A DNA stretch of 63,582 nucleotides, the filler included, from Octopus bimaculoides (Eukaryota): the NCBI RefSeq assembly GCF_001194135.2. It is 4 parts of 4 records of this genome, joined end to end, with 100 filler letters (N's around TTAATTAATTAA, not from the genome) between each part and the next. Parts side by side here need not be neighbours in the genome. Positions count along the whole stretch, not along the records: positions 1 to 18,955 come from NC_068985.1; positions 19,056 to 32,001 come from NC_069008.1; 2 more parts are not named here. One strand, written 5' to 3'. The notes under the pieces are model-generated. The model made no database searches and had not been told where the DNA came from. It saw nothing but the letters and a program-made list of their open reading frames with translations. Positions 13,501-27,368 of this stretch are shown piece by piece (the first letter of the stretch is position 1; every line of letters begins with the position of its first letter). A program made the position numbers and the translations under genes.

Positions 13501-14839
13501 CTTCTTATATTGTATTCTCACTTGTGACTGCGGTATTTCTGTGTAAGATTCCGTTTAATGTTAAAGTAAGACGCTGAAAATATAGTTATTAAGCTAAATC
13601 TATGCAAAAACCAACATATCTCACTTACAAAATGAACAAACAAACACAAAAGAAAATATCCGTAAGAAATGAAAATATTCAAGTACGGTTGACAACAGCA
13701 ACTTAGAAGAAACTTCGAAGCCTTGATAAATCTTTCCTCATGAAAATAAAATAAATGAAGTATTCTACTTGAAAATATTGAGACATCCGTCACCATGGTA
13801 GATTTATGCAGGTTTATGTTTAAAGATTATATTACAAAATGTTATAATCATTTTGTTATTGCATTTTTAGATTTACCTTAAAATTAACGTTTATAGAAGT
13901 AATGACTAAATGTTAAAAAAAATATATATAAACATTAAATTTTTGTTGATACTATTGTTTCGTTAAATGAAAACAATATTGTATGAAACACATAAAGATT
14001 CATTACGGAATATGTCGGAAAGTAAACTTGAAGTTAAAAACCAAATAAGTAGGAAATTATTAGTTAGAAAATCATATTAACATCTACAAATAATCACGCG
14101 TACTCACATGATTCTCGAGAAGTTTGAATATTTTTTTTATTTTCATCTGTATATTTCTATTTTCTTTATGTTTCTGTTTTTTTTTTTTGTAAGAGTAGTT
14201 AATTTTTCAATATTTTATAGCTTCTAGTCTTAAATGTTTCAAGATACTTAGATTGAGAACAATTTACAAAATAGAATATCAAAAAATATTTATATTCTTG
14301 GAAACAAACAGATTAATAATATTTTTAAATTACATAGGAAAATACATGAGAATAGGACGCTAAGATAAGTAATAATTTATAGTATGATAGACCACAGGCT
14401 CTCTCGTGTTTAGTCATCGGAAGGGCTACACTTTTTCTTNNNNNNNNNNNNNNNNNNNNNNNNNNNNNNNNNNNNNNNNNNNNNNNNNNNNNNNNNNNNN
14501 NNNNNNNNNNNNNNNNNNNNNNNNNNNNNNNNNNNNNNNNNNNNNNNNNNNNNNNNNNNNNNNNNNNNNNNNNNNNNNNNNNNNNNNNNNNNNNNNNNNN
14601 NNNNNNNNNNNNNNNNNNNNNNNNNNNNNNNNNNNNNNNNNNNNNNNNNNNNNNNNNNNNNNNNNNNNNNNNNNNNNNNNNNNNNNNNNNNNNNNNNNNN
14701 NNNNNNNNNNNNNNNNNNNNNNNNNNNNNNNNNNNNNNNNNNNNNNNNNNNNNNNNNNNNNNNNNNNNNNNNNNNNNNNNNNNNNNNNNNNNNNNNNNNN
14801 NNNNNNNNNNNNNNNNNNNNNNNNACACAGACACACATA

Positions 14840-15005
14840 CATATACATACGACGGGCTTCTTTCAGTTTCCGTCCACCAAATCCACTCACAAGGCTTTGG
14901 TCGGCCCGAGGTTATAGTAGAAGAAACTTGCCCTACGTGCCACGCATTGAGACTGAACCTGGTACAATGTGGCTGGTAAGCATGTTATTTACCACACAGC
15001 CACTA
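14840..15005 (-). mobile_element. SINE head fragment (family of 57222-57650)
   Basis: acgacgggcttctttcagtttccgtccaccaaatccactcacaaggctttggtcggcccgagg... aligns by eye to 57500-57645. Confidence 0.75.
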
Positions 15006-16701
15006 CTGCGTTTATTGTATACGAATATATTGGAGCTAGAAGAAACAAATTAAAACTATTTTATTTGCAAAAGTCGTGTATAAAACATTATAGAAGACCG
15101 CATGTACGTAATATATATGACTTTGCTTTATCGTGCTTTCTACTGTAGACATAAGGCTTAAAATTGCGTGCGAGGAGTCAAGTCCATTACATCGGCCTCG
15201 ATGTTCAACTTGTATATATTTCATCGTTCCCTAAGCACGGAATTTAAAGGTGACCTCGGCGGAATTTGAAATCAGAACGTTTAGTTTCAATACACTACAA
15301 TTAAAAACGCATAAACGGTTGAATATACTGTGAAACCACGTGACATTCGCTGCTGAAGAACAATATTTTTTATGAAGATTCAGAATTCAAACAACGAGAA
15401 TTCTATTTACCTACGACATGCAGCGTAATTTTATATTTAGTAACAATGTGAGCAAACTCGAAATTTGCAGTACAGTTGAGAATCCCTTATCCGCAATTCA
15501 TGGAACAGATTTTTTTCAGATTTCGGATTTATGTCGATATTAATAACCACATCTACAAGACAACTTTGAAATGGGACACAAGCTCAATTCTGATACACAT
15601 TTACATTTCATAATATAGTTTATACGTATACATTGAATGTAATTTTATATAAATTTTTGATAATTTCTTTATAAAAATATTTTCTCAACTTCATTAGCAA
15701 TAACCCTGCATTGACTAAAGTAGGATTTGCTGTGCGCTAAGATAAGTAATAATTTATACAATGAGGAAGCACTGGCATGAGATGTCTTTTTTGCTTAGTC
15801 ATCGAAAGGGCCACATTGCATGCGAATGTACTGAAGTTAGTAGAAAGAATAAAACCCTTTTATACGCAAAGGTAAAATATCAGTTTCCAACTGCGATCCC
15901 TTGTTTTGATTAAAAGTTACCGTACTCATACTTTATTTATTTTTTTCCTTTTACTTTATATGTTTTAGTTTTTTTTTATGCAAGGCATAAAAACAAAGCA
16001 TTGAACAAGGTTATATAGGTAGTTAGAATCAAAACTACAAAAATGATAACTTTAGTTTTGAAGAAAAGTTCAAGTAATGACAATAGTCATGTTAGACAAT
16101 TACAAGGAGGTGAAATTCAGATTCCTCGTAAGATTTAGGTTTCGGGCCTACCGAAGAAAAAACAAAACAAAACAAGCTCAAAAGGCACAATGGCAAAGAA
16201 AAGGATGTACTTGGGGGAAAAATCCCAGCAGTTTGAGGAATTTTCAATTTGTGGCGTGTCATCTCATCTATCAGTATAAGCATTCGAATTTTGGGATTCT
16301 TCGGATATTGGAATTTCGGATATAGGGTTTTAAACCATGTATAAAATATAGAGTTTCAACACAAATCCATCACGTGGACTTTTCATTTGTTTCTTTACTT
16401 TACTATATATTTGGTAATGACAGAAATTATAATGTTATTTGTGCACATAATTGTCTTCAGATACGAACTGTATAACAATTCTCCGGCTGTATGACCTTCT
16501 TCATTCTACGAAATTTCGATGTAGACATAATACACAAATAGAATTTGTCAAAACTGTCTATCGTTTAATTCTTAAATCAGATATGCTGTGTGAATAGGTT
16601 CTAACGCAAATAAACACAATTTTATAAATTTTTCTTATAAGTTTCTAAAGTTAATCAAATAACGAATATCAGTTATGCAACAAATAATATTTTCCTTATC
16701 T

Positions 16702-16846
<145 letters not shown>

Positions 16847-18537
16847 ATGTGGCAAGTATGATAGCAGTTGTCTATTTTTTTTACATCTTACAATCAGAAA
16901 ATTAAATGTGAGTAAATTTGTTGTCGTAATGAGTGGAATTTAGATCATACTAATACCGTCCTGCTTTTTGTTGTATTGGTGTGTTTCTTAGTTTTCTTCA
17001 CGTGTATTCTTTGTGTCATTTATTTATTTTCTTTTTTCTGCTGTCCGTGGGGATAGTGGTTGTGATTTTTACTGATATTTCCCTCCGCTTCGGACAAGGG
17101 TTGGGTTACGTTTTCCCATTGGCATGTGGCTGTGTTTGTACATGTAATCAGGGGATATGTAGGAGAAGAATGAGATACCATAGGATTGGGATATCTCCTG
17201 GGTGGTGATTGCGTTTTTTATTGTCAATACTTTTTACAGCATTAGTTAATATGGCTAACGAAATTCAAGCTAATATTGCATCTTCTACTGTTGTGTTATT
17301 TTTTTTTTCGTTTTATCCTTACGGTTATTGCTGGTATGGTCAATAGGCAGAGAGTCAAACAGGCGGTTCTTTCCACCTGGCCACTAGACTCAAGCAATAA
17401 GCGTACCTGAATCAAATAGAAATATACCCTTAAAGAACACCCGGTATTTTCGCCTTTCTAACCTTCTTCCCCAAATCCTCACAGTTGTGGTCGACCAGTC
17501 CGAGTGTTTCATTCTTAAATAAGATCTCTACCTAAACAACACTGAAATTCCTTATCCTAAATGTATGACCAAATTCCTGTCATACATCTCCGACGACCAT
17601 TTTTGGACGGTTTTAGACGGTTTTAGACGGTTTTGGACGTTTGCGACCGGCTCTAGCAAACAAGTTTTAACAGTAATGCTTCCACAATTGGCAGATTTTC
17701 TAGCGGCTGTTACAAATGTTAAAAGTGGCTGGCAAGCTCTGAATTGTTTACATGAAATTTCGCAAATCTAGCTGCATCCACTAATTTTGAACATGTGTCA
17801 TCTAGGGAGAAAATATAATGTTCCGTTATGTTAAGCCCACCAATGAAAGAATGCTTACTATTCTTGCAGATGCTGTTGCTATTAGTAGTGTTACTGCTCT
17901 TTGTACTGTTCCCACCAATGTTGATATAGATGCACTATTGTCTACGTATCTCTTCTTCCTACTCTGATTAATTTTACTAATGTTGTTGCTGTTAATATTG
18001 TTGCTACCAGTTTTATTTGTTGCTATATCAGTTGAATTTGAACTGTAATTTATTCAAAAATTATTTTCTCCTTCCGTTAATGGAATCTCGTCGTCGCTAG
18101 CATTGTTGCTAACGTTTCAGTTGAATTTGTAAGCGTTCTATTCTGTTCTTGGTATTGTCGTCGTTGTTTTTCTCGAGTTTTTTTTTTGCGCACTCGTGTT
18201 ATATGCTACCTACTCATAGAAACAGTACGTTGGCATTAGCAACTCCATAAATCCAACTAGCTCCCCACAAAAAAAACAAAAACAAAAAAAACAGACACAC
18301 AAAAGAAAATAAATCTAACAACAACTGAGCACTTGAGAGGGCATTGTGCCAGTATCCTCCTTCACTTAGTGTAGCAACAGATGTTAAATAAAAATTCAAT
18401 AAAATATTGCAGCCATAAACAAGTTATTTCAACAACAATTTCTAGATCTACCGAAACCGACAAAGTTAAAGTTTATATAAGACGATAACAACAACAATAA
18501 CAACAACAGCAACAACAACAACAACATTAATAATGAA

Positions 18538-18589
<52 letters not shown>

Positions 18590-18609
18590 TTGTTGTTGTG
18601 GTTTTGTGT

Positions 18610-18868
18610 TCCTTCTCAAGCCATGCTTGGCTTATAAGGGTTATAAGCGTAAAGGTCCCCCACCTGGACGGGACGCCGATCCGTCTCAGTTGAGCTGCTA
18701 GATGCAGGAGGCGAGAGATTCAGAAGACGTTCGCCATTGCTTTCTGCCGGAGCTGCGTTGAGCTTAGGTGTTTCGCTCATAAACACAGACATCGCCCGGT
18801 CTGAGATTGGAACCCGCGATCTTTGGACACCGTGTCCGCTCTTCTAACCATTAGGCCCTCACCTCCAC
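18610..18868 (-). mobile_element. tRNA-derived SINE, decayed
   Basis: Minus-strand head GTGGAGGTGAGGGCCTAATGGTTAGAAGAGCGG...CGCGGGTTCCAATCTCAG, next to an (AAT)n/(GTT)n tail region. Confidence 0.65.
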
Positions 18869-18878
18869 AAAAATAAGA

Positions 18879-18955
<77 letters not shown>

Positions 18956-19055
18956 NNNNNNNNNNNNNNNNNNNNNNNNNNNNNNNNNNNNNNNNNNNNT
19001 TAATTAATTAANNNNNNNNNNNNNNNNNNNNNNNNNNNNNNNNNNNNNNNNNNNN
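18956..19055. other. Artificial scaffold spacer (44 N + TTAATTAATTAA + 44 N)
   Basis: Exactly 100 bp containing a six-frame stop linker; identical structure at 32002-32101 and 62390-62489. Confidence 0.95.
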
Positions 19056-19201
19056 ACAAGTAGATTATTGTAGAGATTGTGAAAATTCGAAGGTACTATC
19101 AAGCATTTTCTTATAAATATAAATTATGCTCTACTTAAAAGCATTGAGTACTTTAATCCTTCCATTAATATTTCATTAACGTTTGACTTCAGTGATGTTT
19201 A

Positions 19202-19246
<45 letters not shown>

Positions 19247-19303
19247 ACACACACACACACACACACCGTCAGTTGAAGTATGAATCGAAGAGTTGAAACA
19301 AAC

Positions 19304-19424
19304 CTTCCATCTTTAAGTTTCTCCATGGTACTGATACAAAAACCGTGTTACCATCCAGCTTAAAGAGACATTTTCTGGGTACCTTTGACCCTGGGGTATC
19401 AAGCATTACATAGCCGTTGGGTCC
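19304..19424 (-). CDS. LLTP exon 13 (GPNGYVMLDTPGSKVPRK...VPWRNLKMEG); absent from the ORF track. It either splices at AAG|gtttgt or reads through to TGA at 19269-19271
   Basis: gtttgtttacag acceptor, phase 0 entry matches exon 12. The DTPGS..R and PW.. motifs resemble the corresponding apolipophorin region. Confidence 0.8.
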
Positions 19425-20007
19425 CTGTAAACAAACAAGCATATACATTAGAATGTGTGTGTGGCTAGATAGAAACAGTTGACAAGTCCCTTAATCCGTT
19501 GGGAGTCGTTAGGGCGCTTCAGCCATGCAGCGTATCTAGGATGGTGAAACCTGGCAGGGCCCACGACTGGAGCAACCTGAAGTGAAGTGTTTTGCCCAAG
19601 AACACAACGGATTGCCTGTCCAAGAATCGAAACCACAATCTTACGATCGTGAGTGCAACGCCCTATCCACTAAGCTACGCATGCATGGAGCAGAAGGCGG
19701 CTGGTGATCGAGTGGCTACGAAGTTTCCTATAACTCATATGATATGAAAGGAGGTTATAGCCAGAAAAAATATATATATTAGATTCAATTTTGGTTTTAA
19801 CATCTTTTCTCCATTTTTATACTCGTTTATGGTACCTTTATACCTATAACGAACTTCTTTGAATTGTTATTTTCATATTTTTATTACTTGTTCTGGCTGA
19901 TTTTTATGAATATGATGAATTTTTATTGGAAATTATTTTCTCCCTATTTGGATTCCTCAAAAAATTTGAATTGTTCTATTTGAACTTATTTTTTCTCATA
20001 TATATAT

Positions 20008-20039
<32 letters not shown>

Positions 20040-20834
20040 ATAAATAGATAGATAGATAGATAGATAAACAGACAGACAAGTGCATATACACATAGATACG
20101 GAAGTACACATACAAACATTAGTGAACGGAATCTCAGATAAACTGCTTAACTAAGAGTGGGTGATCATGGCTGGAACATCTCTGATTATCATTGTATCTA
20201 AACAAAAGCAACAAAAGGATTCCAAAATCAAAGAATTTCAAGAATTTCAAGACTCAGATCTTACCGGGAAATCAGCTTCTATGATGTAATTGTTAGGGGC
20301 GTCTTCATTGGTCATGTAGAGGTCATAGGCAAATGGTCCGGTGAAGGGGAAGAAGGGAGCGTTCTTGTCCGAGGAAGCGTTGACGTATTGTAATTCCTGG
20401 CAGAATCTGAGACCAGTGATGGTCTTCATTGTTTGGCCAGTACAGCTCTTGGATTGCTGGACATTGCTTGTGATTAAGTTCTCCTTCTTCTCGGTTTCTC
20501 CTTGGATTGTGTAGAATTCGCTCCTTTGGAGGGGAAAATAAATGCAAGTTATCATCATCACCATCGTAATCATCATCATTATTATTATTATTATTACTAT
20601 TATTATTATTTTAATCGGTGAAAATTACATACTGATTCAACGGCCAAGTGACTCAATATAATGTGTCTATGCATTTTTTGATTGTGCAATGTTGCCTGAT
20701 GAAATGGCCTGGTTATGTAATTTTATAATACAATGATAAATAAGTAATCCCTCTGCGGAAACGTATATGCAATAGCTGAACAATTGTTTCCATTTATATT
20801 TATTACACACACATACACACAAACNNNNNNNNNN

Positions 20835-20885
<51 letters not shown>

Positions 20886-22289
20886 ATACATATATAAATG
20901 TTGGTGCGAGTGTGTTTGCGCGTGTGTATGTATGTATAAATCTTTGTAAGTAAGGGGGCAGGAATTGGTAAGACAAAAAAATGCTGTCCACTTACTTGAG
21001 GTTGAAGATTTCTGTCTTCTTGCGTGGGAATCGAATCTCAGCACGTTCCTTGTTGGTGGTGACCTCCACTCCGGAGCTGGTGTGGGCCCGGGTCAGCATC
21101 TTCAGACCAGTTTTAGTCACGTATGCGTCTACACACATCTCACCTTTTACTTCAATGGCAGCACTGCAAGAAACGAAGATATATTTTGCCATTTTTCTGT
21201 GTTTGTGTGTGTGTGGGGAGGAAGAGGATTGCTTAGGAACAAATGATGTTTGCAATACAGGTAAATCCATCCCTTTAAACATCCATCCAGCCATCCCCGA
21301 ATGTACACACACACACACACACACGCACACACGCACACACAGAGATAGAAACATGTATAATGTAGTCCTAGATACGCAAGAAAGTGCACATTCAATAATG
21401 TAGTCCTAGATACACTGTGTCTGAATAAACGCAGGATGCTTAGAGTGAAAGATTTTTGATCAAAAGTATGTTGGAAGGACACACACATTAGATAATGTAG
21501 TCCTTGGTACACTCATGCATGAATTAAAAAAATGGGATGGTCATGGCTGGAACATATTTGAGCCTAGGTATACTGGATCGGGACTGACCTGAGGCTATAC
21601 AACAACAGTAAGGAAGGACACATAAGATAATGTAGTCCTTGATAAATTTATGTCTGAATAAAGAAATAATGGGATGCTCATGGCTGGAACACCTTTGAGG
21701 GTAAGTATACTGGATCGGGACTGACCTGGGGCTAAACAATAACAACAATTACAACAACAATTACAACAGTGTCACAATATATCTTACCTGAGTTTTATTT
21801 CGGCGTTAAATTTGCCCTTTGTAAAAGCATGTTTGCTGTCGTAGTTGATGCCCCCAGTTGTGGTGACGGTGAGGTTCAATGGAAGACCCATACAGGTTGG
21901 GATCACCATGCGACTGTCAAGGAGCTGCATGTTCTTCAGAAGGGAGGATTCGCCTTTCTTAAACAGAGACATCGGATTGGAGAAAACGTTGCTATGGTAA
22001 TAAAGCTCATTTCCAAACATCCTCATGTAAATGGCGGCTTTGATTTTGTCCATTTCAGCATCAGCCTGTGGTGGTGAAGCGAGAGGGATATATATATATA
22101 TATATANNNNNNNNNNNNNNNNNNNNNNNNNNNNNNNNNNNNNNNNNNNNNNNNNNNNNNNNNNNNNNNNNNNNNNNNNNNNNNNNNNNNNNNNNNNNNN
22201 NNNNNNNNNNNNNNNNNNNNNNNNNNNNNNNNNNNNNNNNNNNNNNNNNNNNNNNNNNNNNNNNNNNNNNNNNNNNNNNNNNNNNNNNN

Positions 22290-22333
<44 letters not shown>

Positions 22334-22344
22334 GGCAGACAGAC

Positions 22345-22412
<68 letters not shown>

Positions 22413-24406
22413 GCGTGAATGGGAGATAGGGCAAACTCACAAGCCATCAGACAGAATGACATATATACATTCATACGTACGTACGTAGGTACGTACATAC
22501 ATACATACATACATACAGGCAGACAGACAGGCTGGCTGGCTGGCAGGCCTTGGGACAAGAAAAGGAGGGGGGATTGAGTAATCTAGAAGGTAATGTTGGA
22601 ACTCGTCATACGTACGTCTTTTGACACCTTGTAGGATGCGAGGTATTTTTCCAGGAATTTCTCAACACCTTCGATACGTCCACCGACTTCCAAAATGTTG
22701 ATGGCGTGTCCGAAGAGGTCGACTGTCAAATTGAGGTTAGCAGAACGTGGGATGAAAGATTTGGAAGAAAAGATGACATTGCTGTCCATTTTGGCTCCAG
22801 TATTGATACTCTCGAAGAAGAAAGATCCCTCATAGTTGCGAGAGAACTTGCGACTGTCAAGGTTAAATTCTTTCTTTAGGTTCTCGTCCTCAAGAATTGA
22901 TCGGATGTGTTGGAGATGAGGATCAGATGTTTCCATCAGGTTTGTCAAGTGCGACCACACAAAAGATCCAACTTGGTTTGATGTTTCCTTCTGCAGCATA
23001 TCTCGTAAATCTATGAGTATCATTTCATTGGGACATTTCATAAGAGCGAGGTAAGCATTGATTCGAATCTCAGAGTCTTCAGTTACGTCACTGAAAACAC
23101 CCATCAAATCTGAGCGCTGAAGAAAGAACACAGAAAAAAAAACAAATATATATATATTTATATATTTATATACCCAAATTTAGTTTAACTTTTAAGAAAT
23201 AAAGTCTATTAAACACTATAAAATATTTGTTACGTTTCCATTACTGCACAGTTTCACCATTGTTGGTTATTCAAATGTTACGTGTTGGATTATCTCTATT
23301 TCAAAATATATTGGGATATTGAGTAATAGACACAGAATCTAACCAAAGGATTGATAGCTTTTCTTCCCTGTGATGTATGCGAATATCTAACATATTAGCA
23401 TACAAGGGAGCTAATTTCTATGCAGGACTAATTAAAGCTGAAATATGTAACTTGTGGATTTCTACAAAATGGTAGCCTTCCACGAGTGTGGTATATTAGT
23501 GCGCATGAGCACACACACACACAAATATACGAATAGTGCAGTGTTGTGGATTTCTATATATATCCACGTTAAGTAAGATGATCATAATGCTATTTTTATC
23601 TAATACTGCTTCCATCACTAATAACGAATTTTTTCGCAATTCGACAGTGATTTGTTAATCACTATTTTTTTTTCTATCTCCAGAAGCAAAATTTCTTTCA
23701 GCGTTCGGATAATAGTGGAGACTTGCTACAGCTGGTGCGCAAAGACACAGAAATCATGATTTAACAACTCCACCAACGCCGATATGTTTCTGTGCCTTTT
23801 AGCTCTGAAGTATATCAGTAGCAGATATTATCTCGAGGCCAATACCGCAGTCACAAACTTTCTGCGGCATATCCTCGTTAAAATATGCAGAAGCTGTTAC
23901 ACTGAACTATTTTCTAATTATCTTAAAGAGCTTAGAATATAACATTGTTTAAAAGCCAAAACACAATCATTGAGTTTCTACCGAAAGATTAAAAAAAACC
24001 CAAAAAACGATATCAAACGATAACATGTTTTGTAAGACTCACTCACCATTGCGTCACAAGGTATACGACGGAATGCATCAATAGCAGAAACTCTAACGTC
24101 CATTGGGTTGCTCTTCTTACTGAAACATCTGGATAAACGAGAAACAGCCTGGGCAGTGTGGCCGATGTTTCCAAGGGCACGGAGAGCGTGGATGGTCTTT
24201 GAGTTGGATTGGTCACAGTTGCCGATCATTCGAACCAACTTTCCAACGAGATCGTTGATTTCAATGTCAGCGCCACAGTTGGGCCTGACGCTGCAGTAAC
24301 TACTGGCAAGAGATGAGACGGCCAAGATGGTGTTTCCAGAAATGTCGCTGTCGTCCAGGAGAGGCTGTCAACAACAATAATAATGATGATGATGATGATG
24401 ATGATG

Positions 24407-24451
<45 letters not shown>

Positions 24452-24595
24452 TAAGAACGAGAAAATATTAATTACAATCCAACTCGGAGTAAATGAGTTG
24501 TTGATAATTAAAGTTAATGAAGTTTGTGCACCTAGATAAATTCGTAGATTGATGAGAGTCATGTATATAGTAATAGATAGACAGACAGAGAGACT

Positions 24596-24664
<69 letters not shown>

Positions 24665-26711
24665 GAGCTGCATGCTACAATAGGCTTTCACAGAGTGCAA
24701 AACATTTGATGACCCTTACTGCTGAAAGGGTTGGTAAGTTTTAAGACCAAAGCGGTCTATTTCACAACGGTATCGACAGATGACATTAGGGGTCAAAATT
24801 ACATGGGTTGATTTAGAAGGTGAGAGAAGGAAAAAAGTCAGGACTTTTTGTATTAAGTGAGAGCCACTGTTTGGTGCTGTGGAAGTTTTAAAAGAGAAAC
24901 TTTCTTACCGAGATTGCAGCAATCATTTCTTTTGAAGGATGGTGAATGAAGGAAAGAGATAAAAGCCACAGCTGAGCATCAGCACCAGTAACATGTTTTC
25001 GAGAGATCAAGTCTTGAATCATCTGCACTGAAGCTGTTGTTCCTACCATTGGAATGGCATCCAAGAAGTACTTCCTGCAAAGCGGAAAATCGGTATAACA
25101 AATTACTTGAGCTAAACTGGCTTTCCGTTAAAGATACATTTATATCTATTTTTCTTATTTTAGCGTCCTCTTCTGTTCACTCCCATATGCATACATTTGT
25201 ATGCACGTGTATCTATATCTATATATGTGTGTCATCAACCTCATCAACGGCATTTCACGTCTGTTTTCTCCGCTGGCAGGGTTTGGGGAGTTTGACAGAA
25301 TCCAACGAACTGAAAGATTGCATCACGCTCCAATGTCTAGTAATAACATGGTTTCTGTGAATGGTTACCTTTCCTAACGCCAACCAGTTTATAATATTGT
25401 ACTGGGCGCTTTTTACGTTTGCACTGGCATTAGTGAGGTCACCAAAAAACTCACAAAACAAGCAAATAGACCCCTTGACTGACTGGAGCTTTACTAGGAG
25501 AGGTGGTTTTATGCCAGAGGTTGAAAGACTAAAGTATGATTGAGAGACAGGTGCAGGTGTCTCGCCATAGAAGAGGTACACAGTTACCCTGCATTATATA
25601 AGTACGGATGGCGGTAACGGGAAAGAAGATAATGAAGTGGGAATGATAAGAAAAGGTCCACCAAAATGCTAATAAAAGGACTGAGTTCAAAACTGAAGAC
25701 AAAGGTTCTAATTACATAATCGGTTTAATCATATAAATACTAACTTTGGTACTTCGATGTTTTGTTGGCAGAAACTGGTCCTGGAGATTTTGTTGTGGAT
25801 CTTCTTCAAAATCCCAGAATCCACGTGTCTCATACTGTCAATCAGATTGTTCACCATTTTCGGTAACTCGGGTCTGACGTCATCCTTCATTACTTGGCAG
25901 AGTTCTTGCAGCTTGGACAGAATGGTCTGTTCAGCATCTCTTTGGTTGGGCATGCCATGTTCATGTTGGAACAACAGATTGGTTCTGTAACCGTAGCGTT
26001 CTGAAAAAAATGGTGGTGTTACACAGTTTCATAAAAATATCGACAAAAGATAGATAAAATTTATATTTAGACCACAACAAAGGGGCCAATTAGTTAAGAA
26101 GGAAGGGATAATATATATATACATATATACACTACGGACTATGATCTTAAGAAACATGTGATTTGTGGAAACGCGCGTAGCAGTGCGTTAAAATAATTAT
26201 AAATTCCATCCACGGTTTATTATTATTGTTACTATCCTATGTTACAGCGGCACAGCTTGGTGCAACCCCCAGAAACTGTTATTGCTAATTGGTATCATTA
26301 GGTTGTAGTGGCCATTATAAAATAAGATCCTTTATATGCACATTCAAACCGAATATATTATCTCATTGTCTCGATGGTGTTATAGAGTAAGAGCTTACCA
26401 TAGGTTTGCACAATTGGACGCTGTCTGTCGACGAAAGTCAGCACTTGTCTCTGATGGGTCATTGCGCCACTGTTGCCATTGGAGAATGGGCGGAAGATGT
26501 GTTCCTCAACGCAAACGGACTTCATCATGATGTTACTGGACATGTCCAACGTCTGACTGCATTCCGAAGAACTCTTCATCAGAGGGAGTGATTTCACATT
26601 CTGGAAGAGGACGAGAGAGAAATAGTGAAAGGAATTTTCAGGTTGGGTGGTCACTGCTTTTATATTTAACATTTAATCAGGGGTAAACACGACAAATTTA
26701 GTCATTTTATG

Positions 26712-26796
<85 letters not shown>

Positions 26797-27017
26797 GAGA
26801 ATTTAGATAAACTGAGATTTTCAGAAAGGGAAATCGACCGGCTGATTCGTACATTACAATTGCAATCTGTGAGTGGAACAGTAAGAATATGCAAGACTTT
26901 TATAAAGTTCCAAATGTGAATTTGTCTGTGTTAACAACATCTCAAAGACGGAGCATTGATAGAAACCGGCTCCCTCCTCCTCAGTGGAAGATTTATTATA
27001 ATTAAAAAATAGAAGAG

Positions 27018-27048
<31 letters not shown>

Positions 27049-27334
27049 CATATATGTGTGTGTGTGTGTGTGTGTATCTTGGGACTTTCTACTTACTGAT
27101 GGGACATTGTATTTGACTGACTGAATGGCCACACGATACGACTCTCGGTCGTTGCAGTTGAGCAAGTCCTTGCTCTTCATGATGGTCTTTGTTTGGCCGT
27201 TGCTGTCCTTCACGTTGTATTTGGTCAAACAACTGCCTACAACGTCAGTCTGAAAAAGAGATAACGAAGAATGTATACCGTAAGAATAGCAACCATACAA
27301 TTACAGATAGATAGATAGATAGATAGACAGATTG

Positions 27335-27368
<34 letters not shown>

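Noticed and set aside
16092-16148. Minus-strand acceptor followed by GPKPKSYEESEFHLLVIV* as an LLTP terminal exon
   Set aside because: No resemblance to LLTP sequence and no supporting evidence.
18863-18879. 17-nt phase-1 micro-exon (GLIFVE) continuing the LLTP
   Set aside because: The donor is part of a SINE head, the acceptor is an (ATT)n tract, and it lies across a scaffold spacer.
19000-19011. TTAATTAATTAA palindrome as a biological motif
   Set aside because: It is centred in identical 44N flanks three times, so it is an assembly linker.
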